A stretch of DNA of 64,000 nucleotides from IMG/VR virus record IMGVR_UViG_3300010397_000041, positions 1 to 64,000 of that record. One strand, given 5' to 3'. Source of the DNA: a virus. The notes beneath the pieces are model-generated. The model searched no databases and was not told where the DNA came from. It saw only the letters and a list, made by a program, of their open reading frames with translations. The position numbers and the translations under genes were made by a program. Below are positions 38,939-48,854 of this stretch, piece by piece (positions within the stretch are counted from its first letter, which is position 1; each line of letters opens with the position of its first letter).

Positions 38939-41137
38939 CTACTGATCCAGTCCGGTCATCGACCCTGCAGGCGAGTCGCCGCCCGTCATCCCGCCCGCCG
39001 CCATGTCTCCGCCGGTGACATGCGCCCACAGCGGATAGACCCGCGGCATGACGAGCTGCTGCCCGCGCCGCCACGGCCGCGACGGCGCGCGCCGCGTGGC
39101 GATCACCGGGGGTGGCACCCAGATACCGCGCGGTCCCTGCGGCCACGGCGGCTCGGCGAACCTGCCCCTGCGGGGCCGGGCCGCAACCGGCCGCCGCGAC
39201 GATGGCCGCGGCACCGGGCACGGCGTTGACCACGTGGGCTCGGCGAACCGACCCCGCCGGGACCGGACCGTGCCCGGTCGCCGCGACGCCATCGGCGACG
39301 GCGGCCAGGGGGCCGTCCCGCCGAACGGGCCGCCGAGGAACCGTCCGCGGCGGACCGGGCGGACCGCAGGCCGCCGGCTGGTCGTGTTGCCCGGGGGGAA
39401 CAGCGGACCAGGAGGCGGGATGTCGAAGACCCGTGCCCGGCGGACTACCCGGACCGCGGGCCGCCGGGACGCCGACGGCGACGATGGGACTGGTGGGATG
39501 ACCTGCGGTGGAACCGTTTCGGCGAACCGTCCCCGGCGGGTGGGCCGGGATGGTGCCCGCCGGGTTGCGGCGACCGCCGGAGGCAGCCACAGACCCTGCA
39601 ACCCTTGCGGCCAGGGCGGTTCGAATGAATGCCCGCGCCGCAGCTTCGGCGCCCACCTTGGCCGGTTGCCCGCCGGCGCGACCGCCGGTGGCAGCCACTT
39701 GCCCTGAGTGCCCTGCGGCCACGGCGGGGAAGCGACCTTGCCTCGGCGAGGCAGCGGGAACCAGCGGGGACGGAACCCGGCCGGGTCCGAGATCCCCGGA
39801 AACGGCTGGGTTTGTAGGCCCTGTGGCCACGGCGGCGACCAGCTGGCCCCACGCCGCAACTTCGGCGCCCACCGCGGGCGGGAGCCAGGCTGGTCGTAGA
39901 TCCCGGGGTACGGCTGCGACTGGACGCCCTGCGGCCAGGGAGGCTGGAAGAACCGGCCGCGTGGCTTCGGCTGCCAGCGGGGTTTCGACCCGGGCTGGCT
40001 GGTGAAGCTCGGCCACGCCTGCCCGGTGTTGCCCTGCGGCCACGGGGGCTCGAACAGCCGGCCTCGGCGGGTCGGCCGGGCAGGAGCCCGCCGCATCGCG
40101 ATGGTCGCCGGTAGGAACGTGCCGATCGGCGCCGGCGGGACCGCGATGATCTGCCCACGCCGGGTCGGACGTGCCGGGGCCCGTCGGGCGGGGATCGACT
40201 GGCCGACCAGAGCCGGTGGGGTGAGCGCCGGCCACGGCGGCTCAAACAGCCGGCCCCGGCGGGGCAGCGGGAACCAGCGTGGATGAGTGCCGGCCTGCCG
40301 CGTCTGGTCGGGCAGCCACCCACCGCGGGTCGCCTGCGGCCACGGCGGCTCGGCGAACCGGCCTCGGCGGGTCGGCCGGGCCGGCTGATGCCGGGCCGTG
40401 ACCGACGGCGGAGGGAACGGGACCGGCGGATACCACGGCGGCTCGGCGAACCGGCCGCGGCGGGGACGCGGGAACCAGCGTGGATGGCTGCCCGCCTGGG
40501 CGGTGACGGTCGGCCAGCGCTGCCCAACCGGGCCCTGGGGCCACGGCGGCGACCAGCTGGCCCCGCGGCGGAGCTTCGGCGCCCACCGCGGGCGGGAGCC
40601 AGGCTGGTCGTAGATCCCGGGGTACGGCTGCGACTGGACGCCCTGCGGCCAGGGCGGATCGAACCGGTGGCCACGGGCGATCCGCGGCGCCCAGCGGGGC
40701 CGGTAGCCCGCTGGCTCCGTGAAGCTCGGCCACGCCTGGCCCCGGGTGGCCTGCGGCCACGGCGGCTCAAAGGTCTTGCCACGTCGCAGCTTCGGAGCCC
40801 ACCGCGGCCGCGACCCCGACTGGTCGTAGATCCCCGGGTACGGCTGCGACAGCGGCCCCTGCGGCCACGGCGGGTCGAACGACCTGCCCCGCCGAAGCTT
40901 CGGCGCCCACCGCGGCCGCGAACCGGCCGGCTCGATGAACGACGGCCAGCTCTGCCCGGTGTTGCCCTGCGGCCAGAAGTCGAAGTACCGGCCCCGGCGA
41001 GGACGCGGGAACCAGCGGGGACGGCTACCGGCTTGCTTCGGGTCGGTGGGCCACGCCTGGCCTTGATTGGCCTGGAGGAGGTTGGGCTCGAACCTCTTGC
41101 TGCGACGCGGCCAGGCGCCGCGCCAGCGCCGCAGCAT
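38939..41137 (-). CDS. 732-aa Pro/Arg/Trp-rich tandem-repeat protein
   Basis: About 20 units of ~30-36 aa RPRWxPxxRRGxxFxPPWPQG; in-phase Trp codons; near-identical DNA blocks ~39826-39940 and ~40540-40654. Confidence 0.75.
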   Translation of the reverse strand: MLRRWRGAWPRRSKRFEPNLLQANQGQAWPTDPKQAGSRPRWFPRPRRGRYFDFWPQGNTGQSWPSFIEPAGSRPRWAPKLRRGRSFDPPWPQGPLSQPYPGIYDQSGSRPRWAPKLRRGKTFEPPWPQATRGQAWPSFTEPAGYRPRWAPRIARGHRFDPPWPQGVQSQPYPGIYDQPGSRPRWAPKLRRGASWSPPWPQGPVGQRWPTVTAQAGSHPRWFPRPRRGRFAEPPWYPPVPFPPPSVTARHQPARPTRRGRFAEPPWPQATRGGWLPDQTRQAGTHPRWFPLPRRGRLFEPPWPALTPPALVGQSIPARRAPARPTRRGQIIAVPPAPIGTFLPATIAMRRAPARPTRRGRLFEPPWPQGNTGQAWPSFTSQPGSKPRWQPKPRGRFFQPPWPQGVQSQPYPGIYDQPGSRPRWAPKLRRGASWSPPWPQGLQTQPFPGISDPAGFRPRWFPLPRRGKVASPPWPQGTQGKWLPPAVAPAGNRPRWAPKLRRGHSFEPPWPQGLQGLWLPPAVAATRRAPSRPTRRGRFAETVPPQVIPPVPSSPSASRRPAVRVVRRARVFDIPPPGPLFPPGNTTSRRPAVRPVRRGRFLGGPFGGTAPWPPSPMASRRPGTVRSRRGRFAEPTWSTPCPVPRPSSRRPVAARPRRGRFAEPPWPQGPRGIWVPPPVIATRRAPSRPWRRGQQLVMPRVYPLWAHVTGGDMAAGGMTGGDSPAGSMTGLDQ

Positions 41138-41222
41138 GGACTACCCCCGACACCGTCGGCGACGACGAGATTCTTCCTCGCCGACGCCGCCCTGCGAGTG
41201 GCCAGCGACTACAAAGGGTGAT

Positions 41223-41720
41223 CTACTCTTCCCACTCCGCGCTGAGCGTGTACAGGTGCGCCGTGGGCAGCGCGTTGCCGACGTTGATGAACGCGATGCC
41301 GTTCGCGGTACCCGACGCGACGATCAGCTCCTCCAGCAGCTCGAACGGCAGGTCGACGCCGCTCTGCGAGTTGAACGACACCTCGTACAGGTACGGCGCG
41401 GTCCACGTCGCGGTGGGTACGGTCGACCAGGCGGTGTCCAGGCCGGTGATCTGGCTGGCCGCAGTGTTGGGGTCGAGCTTGTTCCCGGTGCTGGTCGCGG
41501 TCGCGGTGCCGCGGGCGGTGGTACGAACCAGGGCAATGGTGAGCTGCTGCGAGGTCGGCGCGCCGGTACCGGCGCGGACGCCGATCGTGAGCCGGCGCAG
41601 CTTGTAGCCGGCCGACGCACCGGCCTGGAGGCTGCCGAACAGCGCGTTGGCCGTGCCGCCGGACGGGGCGGTCGCGACGATCGCCGTCGCCGACTCCACG
41701 GTGATGTTGTAGCGGGCCAC
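41223..41720 (-). CDS. Beta-rich virion accessory protein
   Basis: GAAAGG RBS + GTG; Thr/Ala-rich; ends WEE. Confidence 0.65.
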   Translation of the reverse strand: MARYNITVESATAIVATAPSGGTANALFGSLQAGASAGYKLRRLTIGVRAGTGAPTSQQLTIALVRTTARGTATATSTGNKLDPNTAASQITGLDTAWSTVPTATWTAPYLYEVSFNSQSGVDLPFELLEELIVASGTANGIAFINVGNALPTAHLYTLSAEWEE

Positions 41721-41799
41721 CTGAAAGCCTTTCTCGAAACAGGAAAAGCCCGCCGGATGGTCCGGGCGGGCAAACGTGCAGGGAACGGCCTCGGTGGGC

Positions 41800-42513
41800 C
41801 TAGAAGAAGCTGTTGTACTGGCCGGTGATCGGCGGGACGACCACACCGCCATAGGGGCCGGGGTATGTGGTGTCTGTCCAGACGACGTCGTCGATGTTGA
41901 CTGTCGTGTTTGAGGCGCCAGTCGGCATGCCCACGCGAAGCTGGCTGATTGCGGACGACGAGCCGGTGTTCGTGGCCCCGCTGTTCAGGGTTTCGGCTGG
42001 GTTGGTCCCGTCCGGCGCGGTGAAAATCTTGAGAGTCGCCGAGCCGTTGGTGCCGGTGCCAGCGGTCGCGCCGAGCTCAAACCTGTACCAGGTGGACGTG
42101 GACAGCGTGGTGGTGCTGGTCGTCGAACCGGTCGTGCCGTTCCACAGCAGGGTGATGGTGCCGGCCGAGTTGAGGCGGATCCCCGCGATGTTGGTAATAC
42201 CACCGGACATCAACGTCGCGATGACAATGTTGCTGCTCAGCGACGATGGGAGCAGGGCGTACACCCGGCAGTAAGTGGTGGTGGCCGAGACGCCGGAGGT
42301 CCAGGCGCAGTACGGCGAGCCACTGACCCCTGTCGTCGCGTACTGGCCGCTCAGCGTGCCGTGGGCGGCGAAGGTGGAGTCATATTTGGCGGTGCCGATG
42401 GTTGTGGAAACCGTGTTCCACTGGTTGTCGCTGGCGCCTGAGTTGGACGTCGAGATCGCAGTTCCGGAGGACTGGCCGGATTCGTAGGAGTTGGTGAGGG
42501 TCGCCACCGGCAC
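41800..42513 (-). CDS. Thr/Ser-rich beta-sandwich virion protein (lectin/ConA-like)
   Basis: STWYRFEL...VNIDDV; beta-strand composition. Confidence 0.65.
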   Translation of the reverse strand: MPVATLTNSYESGQSSGTAISTSNSGASDNQWNTVSTTIGTAKYDSTFAAHGTLSGQYATTGVSGSPYCAWTSGVSATTTYCRVYALLPSSLSSNIVIATLMSGGITNIAGIRLNSAGTITLLWNGTTGSTTSTTTLSTSTWYRFELGATAGTGTNGSATLKIFTAPDGTNPAETLNSGATNTGSSSAISQLRVGMPTGASNTTVNIDDVVWTDTTYPGPYGGVVVPPITGQYNSFF

Positions 42514-42545
42514 CGACCATCCTTCTCAGGCCAGTTCCCGGACAG

Positions 42546-42812
42546 TCAGCTCACGATGCGGATGATCGTGTCCGTGTCCGGGTCGACCTCGACCGACAGC
42601 GGGCCGTGCTCGGTATCCACCGACGCGGAGGTGTAGCCCGAGTGCGGGACCAGCCCGGCGATGGACTGGCCCACCGCAGGATTGGCCGGGTCGAACGGCG
42701 GCGGCGGGGCCGGCGGTATCGGGGCTGGTGGCGGTGTTGGGGCTGGCGGCGTCGGTTTCGGGGTGGCGGCGGCGCGGGGCTGCCGCGCCGTCGCCGTGTT
42801 GGCCCCGGCCAT
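42546..42812 (-). CDS. Pro-rich small head-region protein
   Basis: TGATG coupling. Confidence 0.55.
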   Translation of the reverse strand: MAGANTATARQPRAAATPKPTPPAPTPPPAPIPPAPPPPFDPANPAVGQSIAGLVPHSGYTSASVDTEHGPLSVEVDPDTDTIIRIVS

Positions 42813-43675
42813 CAGGTGACGATGACCAGCGGAATCGTTCCGACGGTCGTCGCGCCGGTGATCGTCGCCGGGGCGGTGGTCGTCAGCGATGAACCTGACG
42901 TCTGCGCGAGGATCTTGTTCCCGGCGATGACCGCCGCCGACGCCCCCGCACCGGCCCGGCCGGTGCCGGCGAGCGACGGCGGAGTGGTCGCCTTCACCAT
43001 GATCGCCGCGTAGTACACGGCCGTCGTGGTGATCGTCTGCGGGGTGGTGAGCGCGACGGTCTTCGCTGTCTCCGCCGCCCACGCCGTCGACGTCTGGTCC
43101 GCGGTCTGCGCGAGCAGCGCCGGCGTCGCGGCCGAGCTGTACAGGGCGAACCACCAGTTGGTGGGCGTGCCCGCCGCCGTCGCACCCGAGACGAAGGTCA
43201 AGTTCGTGACGACCGTTCCGGCGGGCAACCAAATCGCGACCGACGTCATCACCTGCGTCGTCAGCGCGGCCAGATCCGTCCCCGCCTGGCTACGCGCCAG
43301 GTTGCTGTAGTTCACGCCAGCCGGTGACCCGTCGAGGGCGTACGCCTGCTGGGCCGCATAGGCCGCCGCGAGACCACCGGCCGCGTTCAGCGGCGCGTCG
43401 ATCGGCAGGTAGATCCCGACCGGGTAGTTGGCCGCGATCAGAATCGAACCGTTGTACAGGTCGACCGCGGCGACGCCGTTCGTCGCGAACTCGGCGAACC
43501 CCGAGCCGTCCGTCGTGAACTGGCCCGACGAGGACAGCACGGTGGTCAGCGTCGGATCGGTGTACAGGGTCACCGTCGTGCTGGTGCCAGGGACCTTGGC
43601 GGTGAGGGTCGTCGACCGGATCGGGTTGACGCCGTCCGGCGCCACGACGCGGGCGAAACGAAAAGCGGTGGCCAT
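42812..43675 (-). CDS. Head fibre/decoration-like protein
   Basis: TLYTDPTLT...FTTDGSGFAEF head-binding-like N-terminus; C-terminal jelly-roll-like WWFALY...YYAAIMV. Confidence 0.65.
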   Translation of the reverse strand: MATAFRFARVVAPDGVNPIRSTTLTAKVPGTSTTVTLYTDPTLTTVLSSSGQFTTDGSGFAEFATNGVAAVDLYNGSILIAANYPVGIYLPIDAPLNAAGGLAAAYAAQQAYALDGSPAGVNYSNLARSQAGTDLAALTTQVMTSVAIWLPAGTVVTNLTFVSGATAAGTPTNWWFALYSSAATPALLAQTADQTSTAWAAETAKTVALTTPQTITTTAVYYAAIMVKATTPPSLAGTGRAGAGASAAVIAGNKILAQTSGSSLTTTAPATITGATTVGTIPLVIVT

Positions 43676-43677
43676 CG

Positions 43678-43929
43678 TCAGTTCTCCTTCGGGTTGTCGC
43701 GCCCGCAGCGGGAACAGCGACGAAACAGCGACTTGAAGCCGCAAGGGCACGGAAAGCCGGCCGCGCGCGTCACGCCGCCGACATCGGCAGGGAAAGCGCC
43801 CTGGTCGCGAAGCATCCGAATGTGCCGCCGGTCTTCCACATCGAACGTGCGGCCGTTGTAACGGGCCGTGCCGGTTTCGGTGCGGACGTCGATGCCCCTG
43901 CAGGCGCCGTCGGGTACGGCCATGCGCAT
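43678..43929 (-). CDS. Small Zn-ribbon protein
   Basis: CPCGF...CSRCG. Confidence 0.65.
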   Translation of the reverse strand: MRMAVPDGACRGIDVRTETGTARYNGRTFDVEDRRHIRMLRDQGAFPADVGGVTRAAGFPCPCGFKSLFRRCSRCGRDNPKEN

Positions 43930-43932
43930 CGG

Positions 43933-44214
43933 TCAGCTCCCGGGGGCGTAGGCGTAGGAAATGGTTCCGGTGCCGGCCGACGTGGCGACCAGCTTGGCGC
44001 CGCCGAGCAGCCAGGACACGGGCACGCCGACGGGCAGCACAAACCCGGTCGGACAGGTCGGGCCGGTCAGGGTGACCGCGGTCGTGCCGGCGATCAGCGT
44101 CACCGCGCCCGCGAGCCCCGGCGCCGGGCGGATGTTCTCGACCGGGATCGACACCCCGCCGACCGTGGCTGTGACGTTGCCGGTGACGAACGGCGGGGTT
44201 GGGGCGGCGACCAT
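43933..44214 (-). CDS. Small beta-rich head accessory protein
   Basis: TGATG coupling; composition. Confidence 0.6.
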   Translation of the reverse strand: MVAAPTPPFVTGNVTATVGGVSIPVENIRPAPGLAGAVTLIAGTTAVTLTGPTCPTGFVLPVGVPVSWLLGGAKLVATSAGTGTISYAYAPGS

Positions 44215-44534
44215 CAGAGGCTCACGTTCGCCGCGGTCTGCACGATCGTCGTCAGCGCCGAGATCTGCCCGGCCACGTCGGCGGTCAGCGCCGGGTAGGC
44301 GCAGCCTGAGACGTCTACGTGGATGTCGACGCCGACCTGGCTGCCGGTGAGCCGCAGGATCGACGTCATCTTCGACGAGGTGAGATAGCCGGTGATCTGG
44401 GTGAGGACGGCGGCGACGCCGGCCGCTGTCAGGTTGAACGAGTTCCGGGCGCCCAGGGAGATTTCGACGACACCGGTCGACCCGGGTGACGTTTCGATCA
44501 GATATGGGCTGCCGGGGATGGCGTAGGTCGCCAT
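44214..44534 (-). CDS. Hypothetical head-region protein
   Basis: GAAAGG RBS; follows capsid gene. Confidence 0.6.
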   Translation of the reverse strand: MATYAIPGSPYLIETSPGSTGVVEISLGARNSFNLTAAGVAAVLTQITGYLTSSKMTSILRLTGSQVGVDIHVDVSGCAYPALTADVAGQISALTTIVQTAANVSL

Positions 44535-44613
44535 GATGCCCCTTTCCGGGGAAACGCCGACGGCCCGCGTCTCGCAGGAGCAGGACGCGGGCCGCCGGGA
44601 ACGGGAAGGGGTG

Positions 44614-46398
44614 TCAGCTCGTCGGCTGAATCCCGACGATCATCGACGAGCGGTCGGGGGCGTACGCGGCCATCGTCGACGTCCAGTACACGGACGTGTC
44701 GTACGACATCTGCATGACGGGCCAATCGATGCTCATGTAGTCCTGTGGGCCGCGGATCTCCCAGCAGTTCGCGACGTTCACCCCGGGAACGGTGATCGAC
44801 GACTGGAGGACGACGGCGTTACCCTGCGGCATCCAGGGGTGCACCTTGATGTCGACGGAGCGGCCGGTCGTCTCGTTCACGATGCTCGTGACGACGCTGC
44901 CGAGCTTGACGCCCATCAGCTGGTCCTCGGAGATCTCCAACCTGTAGTTGGAGGCGGACTGGCCGCGCAGCGTCGAAGAGATCTGATGCCTGTCCTGACC
45001 CGACAGCCAGATCTCCTCGGGATCCGCCTTCGTCGCCGCGTAGGTCGCGGCGAACGCGGCCTGGAACTCGGCACCCGGGCTTGCCGTGGAGAACGGGGCG
45101 TTGAGCCGGCCGACGTAGCCGGTGGTGGCGGCCTGCGACCAGATCCACGGGATGATCCCGTCGTAGTTGTCCGGCCGGGCCGACACACCGTCACCGGTGG
45201 CGAGGTTGACGGTCGCGCCGCCCTGGATCGGCCAGGCGGCGACGGTCGCCGTGGCGAGGCTTCCCGAACCGGGGGTACCGATCGCGCCCTGCAGGGTGAG
45301 GGTCTGCGTCGGGGTGCGGCCCGCGGACTGGTTGCTCGGAAACGCCGGGCCGACGTACAGGTAGCGGCTCGCGTCCCCGGGGTCCGAGGCGCCGGTGGAG
45401 ACGAACACCTTGTAGCCGGTGGTCCCGGTCACCGGGTTCGGGATGGTGATGTCGACGACCTGGCCGGCCGAGACTGCGATACCCGAGGACGCGGACGACG
45501 CCTGCGAGACGCCGAACTCGCCGCTTTCGGCGACGACGCGGACGTAGACGTTGCTGGTGAACCCGGTCAGCGCCGTCTCACCGGTCGCCGCGTTCCGGGC
45601 CGCGCCGGTCGGCGTGCCCGACGGGGCGGCGACGAGGCCGCTGTACCCCTGCAGGGTCCCGCGGCCGTAGAGCATCACCCGCTCCTCGGCCAGCATCGAG
45701 GCGTAGAGCGTGGCCATGCGGCTCAGCTCGCGAGTGTCCTGGAATCCCATCGCGCTGAAATAGGTCCAGAACGACTGTTCATCGCTGGCGCCCATCTGCA
45801 CATAACTGAGATTGGTGTCGTCACCGGCGTAGCTGATCTTCTGCGGGCGGTTCCACCACAGCGGGTTCGCCGAGCCCGGGTTCGCGAAGTTGACCTGGGT
45901 CGGATCGGTGAATCCGGGGTTGAACGCGCCCAGCCCGCCGGTTCCGGAACCGGAAATACCGGTCACCCTCTTGTAGCGGTATGAGGTGCCCATTCCCTGC
46001 GTGCGGGGGAACTTGTTCCTCATCGGCGTCAAGATCGGAGCGAGGAGCAGCGCCGGGGCACGCAGGTCGAAGCCGACGAGACCACCGGGCACGGGCGACG
46101 TCGGGGTGATGTCCTTCTGCAGCCAGTCCGCGCCCAACTGCTGGGCGACCGCCGCCTCGACCGCCGCCATCTTGTCCGCGGACACGCCCAGGTTGCCGTA
46201 CGCCTTCGTCAGAACCTGACGGGCGTTGCCGCGGACCGTCGGGACTAGCGCCTTGTTCATGACGTCGAGTTCGACGTCACCACGTTGCGTGTTCGGCGTC
46301 GTCTCGACCGCCATCCGGAAATCAGCGGCGGCCTTGACCAGGTCGGCGTCGGAAAGCTTCGCGCCGAACAGCTCGCGCAGCAGCGTCGTCGAACTCAT
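44614..46398 (-). CDS. Major capsid protein (HK97 fold, SU10-like) with inserted Ig/FN3-like domain
   Basis: FDLRAPALLLAPILTPMRNKFPR; EERVMLYG; YDGI; DPEEIW; VHPWMPQG; DYMSIDWP; GAAAGAGG RBS. Confidence 0.88.
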   Translation of the reverse strand: MSSTTLLRELFGAKLSDADLVKAAADFRMAVETTPNTQRGDVELDVMNKALVPTVRGNARQVLTKAYGNLGVSADKMAAVEAAVAQQLGADWLQKDITPTSPVPGGLVGFDLRAPALLLAPILTPMRNKFPRTQGMGTSYRYKRVTGISGSGTGGLGAFNPGFTDPTQVNFANPGSANPLWWNRPQKISYAGDDTNLSYVQMGASDEQSFWTYFSAMGFQDTRELSRMATLYASMLAEERVMLYGRGTLQGYSGLVAAPSGTPTGAARNAATGETALTGFTSNVYVRVVAESGEFGVSQASSASSGIAVSAGQVVDITIPNPVTGTTGYKVFVSTGASDPGDASRYLYVGPAFPSNQSAGRTPTQTLTLQGAIGTPGSGSLATATVAAWPIQGGATVNLATGDGVSARPDNYDGIIPWIWSQAATTGYVGRLNAPFSTASPGAEFQAAFAATYAATKADPEEIWLSGQDRHQISSTLRGQSASNYRLEISEDQLMGVKLGSVVTSIVNETTGRSVDIKVHPWMPQGNAVVLQSSITVPGVNVANCWEIRGPQDYMSIDWPVMQMSYDTSVYWTSTMAAYAPDRSSMIVGIQPTS

Positions 46399-46480
46399 GG
46401 AAATGCCTCTTTCGGGCATACGAAAAGCCCGCCACCCTGCGGGAGGACGGGCCTCGAATGTGGTCTGGGGGGATGCGCCG

Positions 46481-48466
46481 CTATGCGGCGGCGGGCGGGT
46501 CCAGCGCGTCGAGCTGCCGCTGAATCTCGGCCCGCATCGCCGGGTCGGCGCCGGGGGCGTCACGCATCGCGCGCAGCACGCCCTTCTTCACGTCCGCCTC
46601 CGCTGTCTTTGCGAGCTCGGCGGGCGACACCGGAGGCTGCACTCGCGTCCTGGCAGGGCCGCCCGGCCTCGGCGTCTCGTGCAGCGTGGCCTTCACCTCT
46701 GCCAGCCCCTGCGCGAGGGGCTCCATGGCCTTCGTGATGGCGTCGCCGAACTGCGCCGCGAGGTCGGCACTCACCCGTGCGGTGATCGCCTTCGTCAGCG
46801 TATCGGTGTCGGTGGTGCTGGCCGCCTTCGCCATGTCAGGCTCGGCGGGGGTCTCGGTGCCGGCCTCGCCGGCGTGGGTCGCGGCCGCGGCCGCGGCCGC
46901 CTTCTTCAGGCGCTTCCGCATCTTCTTCGCGGCCTTTTCGGCGGCAGCCTTCATCAGGTCGGGGGTGCCGGCCTTCTCGGCGCCGTCCTCGGTCGGCTCG
47001 GACAGCGCGCCGGCGTCAGGCTCGGTCATGTGCTTGATCTCCATGGCTTCGTTCCTCATGAACCAGGTCACGAGCTCCGCCGCCTGCGCGAGCAGCGCGA
47101 TGTCCGCCACCTCGCCGAGCTCGCCGAGGAACAGGCCCATCGCCTCGGAGCGGATCAGGCACGCCAGGCCCTGGATGACGGCCTTCGCGGCCGCGATGTC
47201 GTCCATCTCGGACGCGGCCGCGGCGTTGTCGGTGAGCTGCAGCCCGCCTTCGTCGCCGTCGTCGGCCTTGACCACGTCGGGCGCCGTAGCCTTCTCCTTC
47301 GGCTTGGTGGAGCCGGGCCAGTCGGCGGGCAGCAGGTCCGTCGCGTCGAGGGCCTTTGCGCGATCGGTGATGTGCTTCTTCGCGGCCGCCGGGTCCTTCG
47401 CACGGCCGAACGCCTGGATCGCGTCGTTGAGCTGGGCCCGGTTCTGGATCGGGAACCCGCCCGACGGCATCGCCTCGCCCGCGGCGGCCGCGTCCTCGCG
47501 CTCGCCGGCGGTGAACTTCCGCTTCTCGAGCTCGGTGGCGACCGCCTTGATCAGCGTGTCGAAGTCGGGCTCGACGGCCTTGCTCGAGGACTTCGCGCTG
47601 CCGGTGTCGTCGGCGTCCTCGCTGTCGGGCTTGCCGTCCCCGTCGTCGTCCTCATCGTCCCGGTTGTGGACACCGTCGCCGTCAGGGTCGGAGCCGCCCT
47701 GGCCGCCGTCCTCCGATTGGAAGGGCTTGGCCTTCCGGCCACCGAACTTGCCGGCCTTCTTCCGCTTCGCCAGCGTCTCCGGATCCGCGGCGTCCGGGTC
47801 GTCAGGGTTGGCGACGACGGAGGGGGCGGTGAGCTGGTCGACCAGGGCGGCGGTCATCGGCAGCACCCGACCATCCGAGGTCTTGAGCAGCATCTGTGGG
47901 CCGGGCGCGACAGGGACCGCATCGACCGCCTTCTCGACCTCGTCGCCTTCGACGAACTCGGGGCTGTCGACGAGGTCGAGCGAGCCGGTCGCCTTGTTCA
48001 GCGCGGCCATGCGAAACAGCGCCGACGGCAGCGAGGGCCGGTCGACGGCGCTGACTTCGATCACGTCGCCCCGGCAAACCTTCCCGTTGGGCGCGTCGGT
48101 GGCCTTGGCAAGGCCGTAGTTCGCGACACCGACCGAGAATCCGGTCAGGATTCCGTGCTCGATCTTCGCTTCGGCGACCGGGTCGACGATCTTCGCCCGC
48201 ATGTGCCACGAGTGGTCGTCGGTCTCCCAGACCTCGACCGCCTTACCAATCGGCCGTTGGGCCGAGTGGCCCTCGCGGACATTCCCACCTGACGGCCCGT
48301 GCATGTACGCCGGGATCGCGGCCTTGAGCCACGTCGGGTCCATGCGCTGGCCGTCGGAGTCCAGGTCCGGGCCGGTGAACTTGCCCTCTACCCAGAGGAT
48401 GCCGGCTTCGTCGCGTTCCTTGCGCAGGAACGGGGTGTAGATGTCCAGACGCTCAGCAACGGGCAT
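46481..48466 (-). CDS. Prohead protease fused to scaffold (with AMPSGGFPI domain)
   Basis: DSDGQ; NVREGH; IGKA; GILTGFSVG; IEVSAVDRPS; AMPSGGFPIQN...LNDAIQAFGRA; helical scaffold C-terminus. Confidence 0.85.
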   Translation of the reverse strand: MPVAERLDIYTPFLRKERDEAGILWVEGKFTGPDLDSDGQRMDPTWLKAAIPAYMHGPSGGNVREGHSAQRPIGKAVEVWETDDHSWHMRAKIVDPVAEAKIEHGILTGFSVGVANYGLAKATDAPNGKVCRGDVIEVSAVDRPSLPSALFRMAALNKATGSLDLVDSPEFVEGDEVEKAVDAVPVAPGPQMLLKTSDGRVLPMTAALVDQLTAPSVVANPDDPDAADPETLAKRKKAGKFGGRKAKPFQSEDGGQGGSDPDGDGVHNRDDEDDDGDGKPDSEDADDTGSAKSSSKAVEPDFDTLIKAVATELEKRKFTAGEREDAAAAGEAMPSGGFPIQNRAQLNDAIQAFGRAKDPAAAKKHITDRAKALDATDLLPADWPGSTKPKEKATAPDVVKADDGDEGGLQLTDNAAAASEMDDIAAAKAVIQGLACLIRSEAMGLFLGELGEVADIALLAQAAELVTWFMRNEAMEIKHMTEPDAGALSEPTEDGAEKAGTPDLMKAAAEKAAKKMRKRLKKAAAAAAATHAGEAGTETPAEPDMAKAASTTDTDTLTKAITARVSADLAAQFGDAITKAMEPLAQGLAEVKATLHETPRPGGPARTRVQPPVSPAELAKTAEADVKKGVLRAMRDAPGADPAMRAEIQRQLDALDPPAAA

Positions 48467-48524
48467 GGTGAAACCACCTCGCGGGTGTTAGACCAGCCGC
48501 GCGAGGGGCTGGGAGAATGGAGAG

Positions 48525-48854
48525 ATGAGCGACGACAGCCCGCAGTACGAGCCACTCGCGGCCGGCGGCGCAGTGAAAGCGACTGCCTACCTGCCCGACT
48601 TCGATCGGTGTGAACTCGCCATCGCCAACCCGCAGATCAGTGACCGGGGTGTGGTCGATGGCGGCCGGCTCGTAGAGGTCTCGCTACCGAAAGACATCGC
48701 GGCGAAGCTGACGCCCGGCCTGCTGCATGGGCTGTCGGTTGGGCAGACCGCTGATCGGGTCATCCCGCATTGGAACCGCACATCGATGCCGATCGACGCG
48801 CCAGCGCTCGGGATGCTGACAGATACCGACGAGCCGGAGACGGATCAGCCGTAG
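48525..48854 (+). CDS. Small protein carrying permuted prohead-protease motifs
   Basis: GGAG RBS; GGRLVEVSL and AKLTPGLLHGLSVG. Confidence 0.6.
   Translation: MSDDSPQYEPLAAGGAVKATAYLPDFDRCELAIANPQISDRGVVDGGRLVEVSLPKDIAAKLTPGLLHGLSVGQTADRVIPHWNRTSMPIDAPALGMLTDTDEPETDQP

Noticed and set aside
38939-41137. Regularly spaced DNA repeats suggesting a CRISPR array
   Set aside because: Repeats are degenerate at third codon positions, in frame and lack unique spacers; no cas genes
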